A stretch of DNA of 63,562 nucleotides, filler included, from Collodictyon triciliatum (taxonomy: Eukaryota): the NCBI GenBank assembly GCA_043381765.1. It is 9 parts of 9 records of this genome, joined end to end, with 100 filler letters (N's around TTAATTAATTAA, not from the genome) between each part and the next. Parts side by side here need not be neighbours in the genome. Positions count along the whole stretch, not along the records: positions 7,074 to 14,085 come from JBHJMP010004134.1; positions 14,186 to 21,163 come from JBHJMP010004135.1; positions 21,264 to 28,233 come from JBHJMP010004136.1; 6 more parts are not named here. One strand, written 5' to 3'. This document shows positions 12,546 to 24,300 of this stretch, piece after piece. The notes under the pieces were generated by a model. That model did not search any database, was not told the DNA's origin, and was given only the letters and a program-made list of their open reading frames with translations. Numbering within the stretch: position 1 is the stretch's first letter; each line of letters opens with the position of its first letter. The position numbers were made by a program, and so were the translations under genes.

Positions 12546-13830
12546 TCACGGTTGATTCTCTTCGAATGATAGTTTCCCACATATTCTCCATGTCGAACCA
12601 GGTCCAGTAGAAGCATTCAGCTTTCGCTCAAAGATAAGGTATTCTCCGACGGTTTCAGGCTCGGGTTCGTTCTTTATGAATTTCCCCTTTTTCATAATCT
12701 TCAACGTCTGTGATTTTTCAAAAATATGCATCATCATCATCATCATAATAATAATAATAAATCAGTATGTAAAAGACTATTACTTGCATGGTTTGGGGAT
12801 TGTAGTGAAAATGATTCAAATGATGATAATTCAACCTTTTCTAGAGAATTAAGAATGAGGTAAAAGTGGTAGAATAGACCGCGTACTTGTTGTGCCTGGA
12901 TGTATACAGTGGCCTGAGCGAACTCTGGGGTTCCGACCGTGTCATGGGTAAGCTATAAGTGCATGTAAGTAAACAGATGTATATATATATTTAAAAAATA
13001 GAGTAGATGACATTCACTTTCTCCTCATAAGTATTAGGTTTGAAGGTTATTTAAAAAAATGTTATTGTATGAAACAACAGATGAAGTAGAAATACCTGCC
13101 CACTCTTTACTCTAAAGATTCGTATTCCAACCAACTGCACATGTTCCAGTTTATCGAATTCATATTGGTGCTGTTCACCTGTTGGGCGAGTGCGTATCAT
13201 GTGGCGCAATGACAAATACACTCTGTCAGTCGTCAACTGACTGATTGTGTGTTTGTCCTCTTCAGATATTGCCTTCAGTAGCGATTGTCACAAGATGCAA
13301 TTATTTAGATTAACCAGACACTATCATTTGTCCCATTTTTCTTGAATGTCCTCTATATTGAAACTTAATCTTATTGTTTCCTATCAAAGAATAGCCACCT
13401 TGTTCAATCGCTGGTAGTAATCCACGCATTCTTGCTCAAATTTCGCTCTATTGTATCCGATTCTTTTGGTCAAAGCCTTCTCCGCACTAAGATAATTGAT
13501 AGCCGATTAATACAACTGTATATTTTAAAAGTAAACACGTGATAATACAAGTGGTATGATATCTACGAACTCGTTTCGTATCAGTTATTCTGTTTGGATT
13601 TTCAAGTTCAGCGCTTTCCTTTATAGTCAAATGACAAAGTTTGCAAACCTGTAAGTCTTGATTAAGCCCATCAGCCGCTCCCAGAGCAGCGTTACGCCTT
13701 CCTTAGAGAACATAGATGTTGTGTCTGTCTTGAAAGGCAAGCGAATGACAAGTCCAGATTCAGTGCTATCCATGCGGGCACTAATAAAGGTGGTGGAAGA
13801 ATTATTCGATGGCATTTCGTCTCGTATTCA
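12546..13830 (-). CDS. Tim44-like domain protein (mitoribosomal mL45/Mba1-like); 5' end uncertain
   Basis: Exons FSKEGVTLLWERLMGLIKTY, FEQECVDYYQRLNKAISEED, EFAQATVYIQAQQ and C-terminal EYLIFERKL..STWRICGKL, typical of the mL45/Tim44 domain end. Confidence 0.7.
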
Positions 13831-14387
13831 TTATGAAACATAGTTGAAAATTAATAATGCAGACACTTTTTGTATATCCTTCTGTTATTGGTTTTTTTTT
13901 TGGTTTTTCTTGGTTTTTCTTGGTTTTTCTTGGTTTTTCTTGGTTTTTCTTGGTTTTTTTGGTTTTTTTGGTTTTTTTGGTTTTTTTTGTTTTTTTGGTT
14001 TTTTTTTGGTTTTTTTTGGTTTTTTTTTGGTTTTTTTTTGGTTTTTTTTGGTTTTTTTGGTTTTTTTTGGTTTTTTTGGTTTTTTNNNNNNNNNNNNNNN
14101 NNNNNNNNNNNNNNNNNNNNNNNNNNNNNTTAATTAATTAANNNNNNNNNNNNNNNNNNNNNNNNNNNNNNNNNNNNNNNNNNNNAAAAAAAAAAAAAAA
14201 AAAAAAAAAAAAAACAAAAAAAAAAAAAAACAAAAAAACAAAAAAACAAAAAAACAAAAAAAACAAAAAACAAAAAAAACCATGAACAAATACACACACT
14301 AAATCAATTGCAATATTCAAATGCATTAAATCGAACATATCACTCTCGAAATATTAGAAAATCGAGCCTTTCAAACTGACTATCCCT

Positions 14388-16813
14388 TTGGCGCACCAAG
14401 ATAATCCCACCTTAAACTTCGACGATAAATTTAATGACATGATTCGACACGAGTATACATATCATAGTTTTCTAAATTTGCAATGTAAAGAGAAAGCATT
14501 TCTCCCCTTCTACGATTCTAAGACATACAACATATTAATTAAAATAGATATGCTGTTCGTTATCTTGAACACCTTGGGGTTAAGGCGAGCAACACAAACA
14601 TATCTATGGTCCTTATTCCATTTCTTTATTTCACTTCTTAGGATTATTTATACCATAACAAAGCCTATATATGTTCTCTGACACATATGTTACTATCTTC
14701 GAATCAGCCACCCTTAAATTTAATTTGTAACCCATTCAACACAGGTAAGGTCTCAGATACCTATCGAAGAAAGTGATGTTACAGCATTTTATCGATCGCG
14801 AGGATGGCTCGCTGATTATCTTCAAATTGTATGTTTGCGATGTGTACTATCATATATGAAGCATGCGGTTTCAAAATAAAATCTTCTCCAACACATAATC
14901 TCACAATTTTTTTTGAACCTTAAGAAACCATCAAACTTGACGAAAGAAAGAAAAGTAAGGCTTCGTGCAAACTCCAAGTTGGTTTCTAATATTTCTGCGA
15001 TAGCAAACGACAAAATTGACCCTCGTGAGGTAATTAAACGAATAAATACTTTTTCATCGCGTGTTTTTATGCCACCAATCATAGTAAAATGAAGTACTTT
15101 TGACTAANNNNNNNNNNNNNNNNNNNNNNNNNNNNNNNNNNNNNNNNNNNNNNNNNNNNNNNNNNNNNNNNNNNNNNNNNNNNNNNNNNNNNNNNNNNNN
15201 NNNNNNNNNNNNNNNNNNNNNNNNNNNNNNNNNNNNNNNNNNNNNNNNNNNNNNNNNNNNNNNNNNNNNNNNNNNNNNNNNNNNNNNNNNNNNNNNNNNN
15301 NNNNNNNNNNNNNNNNNNNNNNNNNNNNNNNNNNNNNNNNNNNNNNNNNNNNNNNNNNNNNNNNNNNNNNNNNNNNNNNNNNNNNNNNNNNNNNNNNNNN
15401 NNNNNNNNNNNNNNNNNNNNNNNNNNNNNNNNNNNNNNNNNNNNNNNNNNNNNNNNNNNNNNNNNNNNNNNNNNNNNNNNNNNNNNNNNNNNNNNNNNNN
15501 NNNNNNNNNNNNNNNNNNNNNNNNNNNNNNNNNNNNNNNNNNNNNNNNNNNNNNNNNNNNNNNNNNNNNNNNNNNNNNNGAAATCCTACTCCTCCATCCA
15601 ACCTGGCTCTGATGGGAATCAGACAAGCAAATCATCCCAGGCGCATGCACCTATATCAGCACGAAAATCAGTTGCATTTGAAGGGGTTTGTGGAACTATC
15701 TTAGATATAACACTCGAAGTGGGTTGCTTTTATTGATAAATAAAAAAATCACATATTTTCATTTCTCATTTGTATTACGCGTAGGATGCTGCGAATAATA
15801 CACAGCCCCAGCCGAATTCAAGTATATCTTAACGAATTTGATAACATTATAACAATAAGAAAGGAAATTATGCTGATGCTAAATACCCCCAGTGACCATA
15901 CTCTCCTCATGATTTTTTTTTTAATTCTTGAATCCAATATATTGTTTTTTTTTAGACCCTCGGATTGATATTATGGAAATAGAAGAGGCCGAAGAGGAGC
16001 TTATTACGACAAATCTAAATGTTGGCGACACATTAGTAACTGACATACAACAAGCATTCATTGATAAATATTCCTTCGATACAATGCAACACAGACTTAG
16101 CGATGAAAACATTGCTGTACTAAAAAAGGAGCTTTCTTCTATACACCAAAGTATAAACTTTAGCTGTCAAATATTTTCATTAGTTTTATTTTTTCTTACC
16201 TATATTTCGTTTCATTTCACTTCACTACACCAATACCGTGTTTTCTTCTGCGCTCCTGCTCTGATATTCCTTCTTATTTCCTAACTATTTGCAACTTCGT
16301 TGCTGTGTAAAATTAAATCTTTTAAATTCAATTACAGCAAGATTCATCGCTATGACCTGTGAGTATTTGTACTGGAAATTCCTTGGAAAAAGAGTACTGG
16401 ACGAACAATCTCAGTATGGAATATCAAGGCCTATTCGCCCTGAAAACCTCCAAAACTATGAGAAGCACTACTTTCTATCCCTGCATCAGGTATTTGTAAT
16501 ATGAAAACCAACCAAATGATTATGGTTCACAAATCCCTTAGTGATTATCCAATCATATTAATGTACATGAATTCAATTATATCGCTACAGAAAGTTGAAT
16601 AATGAACCGCATTCGAGGGTTTTTTTTTATTTTTTTTATTTTTTTCTAATGCTTTCTTTATTCTCCCTACATACTGTAGATTTACAATAAAATCGAGACC
16701 AGAGTCCAGAAAAAGCTAGGACATAAGATAATATATATACCCGTTATTTTACTTATGCTGCGCGTTTCGGTTGAAGTAACTTTCTTCCTTTCAATGTGTG
16801 CTTTCTTTTTTTA

Positions 16814-16844
<31 letters not shown>

Positions 16845-18597
16845 AAATAAATAAATAAATAAATAATAAATAAATAATAAATAAATAAATAAATAAATAA
16901 ATAATAAATAAATAAATAATAAATAAATAAATAAATAAATAAACGGTGTAGGCAAATAATTTATCCGTACTTATCCCTGACCAAATCAAAATGTATTACT
17001 TCGTTCCAGGCTGTTTTTCGAAATAATTTTCCCAGATGGAGCAAATTTAAAGAGGCAGAAAGCATATACAAAGATATGGACTCAGCAATCATATCCATAT
17101 TCGACCCAGAGCAATATATCTTTCACATGAGCACTGCAGAATGTAATTCAACCTTCCATGAAAAACTATTCCGCCTGAAATATAAGCTAGATTCATTCAC
17201 TTGGTCAAATGGATGCGTTTCTAAGAAAACCAATAAACATACTCGATTCCCTTTCGTTGGTGCTCATTTCGAAAATAGCCACCTCAGAAGGAATGATGCT
17301 CTCTGCTGCCCCGAAGCGTTTTCGTGAACGTGGGTTGCAAGGAAAGTACTACTCTACAAGGTATGCCTCTGTTTTCTTCATGCACAGAAGCATCATAATG
17401 TTCTTTCATAACACCAGGAATTTTAAAAGTCAGTGTTGAGGTCTATTTATTTGTCTTCCTCACCTCTATTCCTGTAAGCCCGATGGTTAAATGCCTATTT
17501 GGAACTGAAGCAGTTGCGCACACGCACCAAAAATACTTGCGTTCGATTTAACTTCTCTTTCTTTTTTTTCTTGTAAATAATACCGAAAAGATAAAAAGAA
17601 AGGTGAAGCTATAAGAATATAGATGAGGCGAGGAAATAAAAGTTGAACAAATAAAAAAAAGAAGAAAAGGAAAGAAAAAGAGCCGTACGCATCCCTTTTG
17701 AACATTTTAGATCAATTATCATCTTCTTATATAGGCCCTAATGAGACTACTGAGCGTCTTCCAGACTTCACGCAAGATGAAGCCTCACGAAAACAGTTGT
17801 ATCACCTGACCATCCAAAGATTGCATCCTGACCATTCCAGTCCCCTTCCTTCGTTGGGAAGACCTGCATCAATTGCTAACCTGGGTAAAGCAGGCCACAC
17901 TATCACAATCCGAGGCCCGGATGAACACGGCCTAATGGGCGAAACGACAGGGGATGGAAACGCAAGTCTTGGGGGGTTCGGTGCCGTTGAGATAGAAGGA
18001 AGCCGTGGGAGCCGGTCCAGGCCGCGTTCCTCGGACAGCCGCGTCAGTCGGTCTAGTCGCTCGCATTCGGCGTTATTTTCAAGAGAATCGCTCCATACGC
18101 CGATTGCAGTTATCTCTGATGGGAGCAACTTATCAGTCCCACGCCACGGAATTCCCAAAACCCGCTCCAATATGCGATTGACTGAGCTTGAATCGCACTT
18201 ATCCAAAGTAATCCGTATTTTAATCCAGATATTGGTACCATTCAATCCGGGCTATTCTTTCGTTACTTTTCATTCTTCTTTCTCCAGATATTATCTTTTT
18301 TAAGTTGCATATATTCCTTTTCTTTTTCTTTTTTCTTTTCATCAATTTCTCAATCCATTCATCCATTCGTCACAGTTGGCAAACATGTCCCTGAGTGGAT
18401 GGGGCACCAAGCAAGATGCTGCGAAAAGCGAGGGGGAGGAAAAGGAGGCTTTGGAGAAGGAACACAAGGCGAGAGAGTTGGCCAGTATGGTGGGAGGGAT
18501 TGTAGACCGCATTCCAAGAAACACACCAACTCCCCTCAGCCAGACAAGACGATACGCATCCCCAACACAAAACACCCGAACGCCCACATCCACATAG
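14388..18597 (+). CDS. Multi-exon uncharacterised protein (spans an internal N gap)
   Basis: Spliceable exons such as ARFIAMTCEYLYWKFLG, PVILLMLRVSVEAVFRNNFPRW, IISIFDPEQY, GKYYSTSPMVKCLF; Ser/Arg-rich tail; stop at 18597; no family recognised. Confidence 0.6.
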
Positions 18598-19149
18598 TCG
18601 CAACCTCGCGCGTCGTAGACGAAGGAAAACAAGGAGCCCCACGCAGCTTTCTCCTTCATGTCTTTTCTTATCATCTCTCTTTCATTTCCATTTCTTACAT
18701 CTGAGCTTACATATCACCCATGCTTGCGTGAAAGGAAGGCAGTGCGCATCTCTCATACTGATGAGGTTTTTTAATATTTATATTTGATTGAAAAAACTAT
18801 CAAAAAATAATAGGGAATCGAAGGATAATTCCTTTTAAAATTCATCCAAATATAATCAGATTAAAGTTTTATTTGCCAAGTTCATATCGTGGAAGAATAA
18901 TCCACTTTTTTTTTTTTAAAAAAAAAAATAGAAGTATACACAGAGTAATAAATTTGAAGAGAACTTCTTTCTTTATTCGATTCAAGGGGAGGGATTTTAG
19001 ATTATTTTTTTTTTACAGTCCGACGTAGTTGTATGCGCCTTGGTTGAAAGCAGTGACGCGTGTCGGATAAGGGTGCATGCTGGCTTGGTACGGAAGCTGG
19101 ATTCATGGTCGTCACTATGCGCCTGAGATGGTTGAGAATAATTACAACT

Positions 19150-19199
19150 CTAAAAAGCAGTACCTTGAATCGAATAAAGGAGAAAATCAAACAGTTCCT
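19150..19199 (+). mobile_element. Ultra-short retro-insertion, family A, with degenerate TSD
   Basis: AAAGCAGTACCT + TGAATCGAATAAAGGAGAAAATC + AAACAGTTCCT. Confidence 0.55.
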
Positions 19200-20620
19200 A
19201 ATGATGAGAATATTACGGAAGCTATTAAAAAGGCAGAGTTACGAAGGTTAAAAAAAAAAAATAATCCATCTTCAAGAATCTCGAAATACCGGAACAATAT
19301 AAAGAATGGGCTATAACGCATCTGAATCATATCATTTTCAGTGATATTGTAATGATATCAAATATGACGTCAAAGTCTATCCAAATAAGTACATTCCATG
19401 TCTGATTTACATGAATCGCATTTTTGAGGACATTGGAACCAAACTGTTTCAACCAATCCCCATAAGAACTAACAATTTTTTTATATTCTTCCTTTCAATT
19501 TTGTGCAGGATGGTGAAGATGTTGGCACATAAGAACTAACAATATACCATGTCATATTAGTCTAGATATTGATGTTTGATAGATATACTAGTAATATCTG
19601 TAAAATCATCATTACTGAAGAATATATCAGGATGCAAAGAGACCTATGTGATGATTTCTTTGAAATGAAGAAGAGGGTCTTTCATCAAAGAGACCACAAT
19701 TTTAAATACATGATACAAACAGACGGCTTGGCGGTGTCATTATTATTTGAAAAGAAAGGTATTCTAAATTCAAAATCCAAATATAATCAATCAAAAGACC
19801 GGAGAATATGTTTATATAGATGAGCTTTCCGAAGAGCAGTTATTTATATTAGCGAAAAAAAATAGCTGGAGTGGACTCAGGCAAGTTTAATTTGGTTTAC
19901 ATGGTGGATGAGACAGGTAAGAAATTACGTTACACGACACACCAAAGAATATATGATAGCAAATCTCTTAAAAACCACAAAATACTCTTGCGCGATAAAA
20001 AAAAAAGAAAAGCACAAGGCTTCAGGGATATGCATGGTAACAGATTTTCAAAGTGCTGTTTCTTTTGGTGCCATGACTTTTGAAGAAAATCAGCGGTTTG
20101 AGAGATTAAGAGTATCCTTAATCGATTTAGAGACAGAACTGAGTAAACATAATTCATGCACGGCCAATTATGAAAAATTCGGAAATATGTATCTATTAAA
20201 TCAAGATACCAGATAGAATTTTCCAGATTTTACGAACAAGGAACTTTTCGAAAGATGAGATGGACACAGTATGTTAGTAAACAAAGAAGTGAACACTTGT
20301 TTATGAACCGAATTGAAAAGACATTAGGCAAGGATGTTGTCCTGGCGTTGGAGACTGGAGCAGAAAATCCCCGATAAAACATTTTATGCCACCAATTGGG
20401 AGAGGATTACGAAAAATACTATCCAAACGTGTTGAAACAGTTTTTGTAGATGAATTTAGAACCTCCAAGATGCGCTGCAATTGCAAAAAAAGAACTGGAA
20501 TATATGAAGCCGAAAGGAAGTAAAAAAAGTGTATAGATGTCTCACATGAAAAGAATGCAATCGCTTAGAAAGCAAACAAACTGTATTCTTGACAAGGGAC
20601 TCTAACCAGCGATAAAAAAA
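19186..20620 (+). pseudogene. Fanzor1 (eukaryotic TnpB/Cas12-family RNA-guided endonuclease), 5'-truncated and frameshifted
   Basis: Across frames: YDVKVYPNKYIPCLIYMNRIFE..KLFQPIPIRTNNIPCHISLD; YMIQTDGLAVSLLF (TDG ~19719); RuvC-I IAGVDSGKFNLVYM (D 19874); LRYTTHQR; ETELSKHNS; FYEQGTFRKMRW; GDWS..KHFMPPIGRGLRK; RuvC-II VDEFRTSK (E 20452); Zn-finger CNC..CLT*KEC; RuvC-III TRDSN (D 20598). Confidence 0.9.
19461..19543 (-). mobile_element. 51-bp 5'-truncated LINE 3' end (family B) inserted into the Fanzor ORF, perfect 16-bp TSD
   Basis: CATAAGAACTAACAAT at 19461-19476 and 19528-19543. The insert's reverse complement, ...CCATCCTGCACAAAATTGAAAGGAAGAATATAAAAAA, matches the LINE tail at 51405-51454. 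Confidence 0.85.
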
Positions 20621-20660
20621 AATATATTCAACCAAGTTCTTTTAATCCTTCATAAAATGC

Positions 20661-20793
20661 ATACACCTTCCTCTAAAAAACAGGCTGTTGGGTCTTTCCT
20701 GGCAGCCTTCACCACTATGCAATCTTTGTGAAAAAAGTGGTGAGACCTTGCATACTAGCGCACCAGGTTTACCAATCGAAAGATTTGTGTATA
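20661..20793 (+). ncRNA. Putative Fanzor omegaRNA scaffold / transposon right end
   Basis: Lies directly 3' of RuvC-III. Hairpins 20683-20707, 20709-20743 (TCACCACT/AGTGGTGA) and 20774-20785 (AATC-GAAA-GATT); pseudoknot ATGCAA (20717-22) with TTGCAT (20748-53). Confidence 0.65.
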
Positions 20794-20879
20794 CCCCTTC
20801 TAGTAATACAATACTTGACGAAAACTAAAATCATGCCAAAATATTATTTATATATTATTATCTCCTTGCTGTATAAGAA

Positions 20880-20950
20880 GCATTGTTGGTGTAGTGGCAG
20901 CATGATAGCCTTCCAAGCTGTCGACCCGGGTTCGATTCCCGGACAATGCA
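20880..20950 (+). tRNA. tRNA-Gly(TCC)
   Basis: Acceptor stem GCATTGT...ACAATGC, anticodon arm ATAGC-CTTCCAA-GCTGT, T arm CCGGG-TTCGATT-CCCGG, TTTT terminator. Confidence 0.97.
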
Positions 20951-21370
20951 TTTTGCCTGCCGCGACTTTTTCCTCAAGGCGTGGGACGCCTCTGCCCCTG
21001 CAACCATTAAAAAAAAAACCCCCCTCCGCGGTCGCAATCGCCTATGCCATCGTCAGACCAGAATAAATCTTTTTCTTCTGTTCTTGGTACCCATTGATTT
21101 TTATTTTTATTTTTATTGTATAGTTCTCGTCAGGTCGGATTGTATTTACAAGTACAGCGAACGNNNNNNNNNNNNNNNNNNNNNNNNNNNNNNNNNNNNN
21201 NNNNNNNTTAATTAATTAANNNNNNNNNNNNNNNNNNNNNNNNNNNNNNNNNNNNNNNNNNNNTTTTATTTTTGTTTTGTTTTTATTTTTGTTTTGTTTT
21301 TATTTTTGTTTTGTTTTTTTTTGTTTTTTTTTTGTTCTTATCTTTTATTCATATTTTTGTGCCCATAAGG

Positions 21371-24300
21371 ATGGCCCAGTCCGCAACCCCAGGAAACACG
21401 GGCGTTAATATTGTTGACTCTGTGGCAAAGTATGTGGCGAGAATGGTGGAAGAACACAAAGGACATAAAGTCCTCCTCTTAGACGAAGAAACGGTACGTA
21501 GCTGATCTCCTGACACAAGATCCAAAGGATTTCCGTGATCTATTCTTGCCAATACTTTGTGTCCTTTGCTTTACCTTATGTCCAAGCGAGTCTCCCGAAT
21601 TATATATATATTTCGCCATCCTTTGATAAAAGAAGCCCTCTTTTTTTCGTTCTTACGTTTTTATTTTAAAAAAATATCAGATCGGAATTATCAGTATGGT
21701 CTTCTCTATGTCCAAGATAATGGAGCACGAGATTTTTCTGGTCGAGCCGATGAAAAAGCCACGCGAGAAAATGGGGCATGTAAAAGTAAGATATGTTATT
21801 TTCCTCGTGAAATGTTGACGCCTGATACCGAATCGATATATTATGGTCTGAATATGCAGCCTAAATACAATCTATCTATATATCTTTTTACTTTGATTTC
21901 ATAGGCCATTTGCTTTATCCGCCCAACTAAAGAGAATATGAGACTTATTGCTCAAGAGCTACATGAACCGTTGTACCCTGAATATTACTTTTGTGAGAGA
22001 ATTTCATATCAATCAATCACTATCGCAGAGTAATTCCGAATCTAACACACTTGATACATGATATCCCGAACTAGCGATAAATGAATGGGATTTTTTATGC
22101 GACATCAAAAACATTAGATTTCACAAATGTATTAGACTCCCACAAACTTCAGGATTTAGCAGAATCAGACACACATGATGTCGTTCGCCAAGTTCAGGTT
22201 TGTGTGAAAATAACGTTTATACCATTTGTATGAATTATAAGGAATTAATATATATGACAATAAATGCGAAGCGAGGCCAGTTTCATTCCATCTTTGCTCC
22301 AATCTTAACCTCAACTTTCTCTCATTTTTAAGACCAACGAAAAAATAATTACATGAAAACGCTTTGCTTTCTTTGATTAGGAGTTCTTTTGCGATTTTTA
22401 TCCCATATCTCCCAACCTGTTCTCGCTGAACATCGACACATGCATCACAAAAGCGGACCCTTCTGCAGAGTTCGACCTAATTAACAGGATATGCGATGGA
22501 ATCAGCTCCTCTTTTCTTGCCTACAAACGAAAACCTGCAATCAGATATTCCAGAGCTTCTCCCTTGGCGCAAACTGTGGCGGAAAGGCTTGTGGTTTGTG
22601 GTTTTTTTTTTTCACGACATCTCAAAGTATAATACACTAACACGCACAAAAACGGCTGGAACTCTGATGGCTTTCATAGTAAAGTAAATGAGCTTGAATA
22701 TTCACTTCACATACTTTTCATTGCCTCTACTAGGCTCGTATCAGATCAGATGGTGAATTATACGATTTCAAAAGGACAGATGTGGTGTACCTCATCGTCG
22801 ATCGCCGTGGAGACCCAATAACTCCCATGCTCAACCAATGGACATACCAGGTTTTACACCCAATACCTCCTATTCGTAAGAATAAAAAAAAATTGCACAT
22901 TTATTGTTCTGTAAGTCCATACCATCACAAAGAAAATACTAATTGGCAATACTATTAACTGATATACTGAACACACCCGTTTCAAGTTGAAATTTGGATT
23001 ATATATCTAAATTCTTTATGTTGTAAAGCATATTTTATTCATAATACATCCATACTATTTGAAAAATGTAGGCAATGCTCCATGAACTGCTTACGATTCA
23101 CAATAATCGAGTTAGCCTGGAACATGTCGCTGATATTCAGCCGGAGCTGAAGGTTTTCCTTTATGTTATAATAGTGTAAATAACCCAACATATCGGAGTA
23201 TGGTACATTTGACACTAATCTAATTACGAAAATATTAATTGCATTTCAATCATACATGATTTGTTGTCACCGCAATTTTTTTTTTCATGTGAATGTGCTG
23301 ATAATTTTCGTTTTTGCACAATTACTCTGAATTGTAGGAGGCAGTTTTATCAGTGGAAGACCAATTTTATATGTCCAATATATACAGCAACTTTGGAGAC
23401 CTGGCTGCCAATGTCAAAAATATGATGGACGAATTCCAAAGCAAGGCAATCAACAAGGACCAAATCACTTCCATTGGTGTGTAAAATTTTGAATGATAAA
23501 AAAAATTAGTATTCACTGATCACCGAATTGATTCATATCTTTATGATGAATTTCTCATTTTTCTATTTTTTCCCCTTATCCTAATATCTTAGATGACATG
23601 ATGAGAATAGTCCGAGACTTACCCGAATACAAGAAGAAATCATCGCATGTGACTAAACACATCACACTTACCAGCGAATTATCTCGCTTGGTTCATCTCA
23701 ATAAGCTATTTGACGTGTCTGAGCTGGAACAAGACATCGCCTGCGCTCAACTTCCAACAGGCCTTTTCGATGTTAGTTTCACAATACTTAGATTGATTGT
23801 AAATGACACATTTTCCCATGTAGTTGTGACATTTAGATACTGTACGTACTGTATCATGCAAACTCAAGGAATTTTACCTTCCCAGTTCCTTTTATTTTTC
23901 TATTTAAAAAATGAATAAAATAGCATTATTCAATTCAATAGCGCGTCTCTTCATTGATTCGCAATCCTGAGTTCCCTCCATTCGAAAAACTGCGGCTGGT
24001 GATTCTATTTTCCCTTCGATATGAAACATCCAACCCCGCGCAAATCGAGGAACTAATCCGGCTGTTGCGTGAAGTTGGAATGGAAGCAAATCTTGTGTCA
24101 TATGTTCGAGGTGTTCTGAAATATGCTGGTGCAAGGGTTTGACTTTTACTCATGTATTGAAGCTGAAGTTCTACAATGAATTCGTTTTGTCTCAAAAGTG
24201 CTACCGATAATGATGGCTCCTTCTTGTGTGAATTTATTTCTGATCATTCAAAAGAGCTTTACTTATTCTAGGTCCGGGGAAGTGAGCCTGTGACCAGCAA

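Noticed and set aside
18725-18770. CTGATGAG plus GAAA as a hammerhead ribozyme core
   Set aside because: The required stems I-III do not form.
18971-19179. Perfect 17-bp inverted repeats (CTTTATTCGATTCAAGG) suggesting a MITE or the Fanzor left end
   Set aside because: The same motif occurs singly elsewhere with its own A-tail and TSD, so two independent family A insertions in opposite orientation explain it better.
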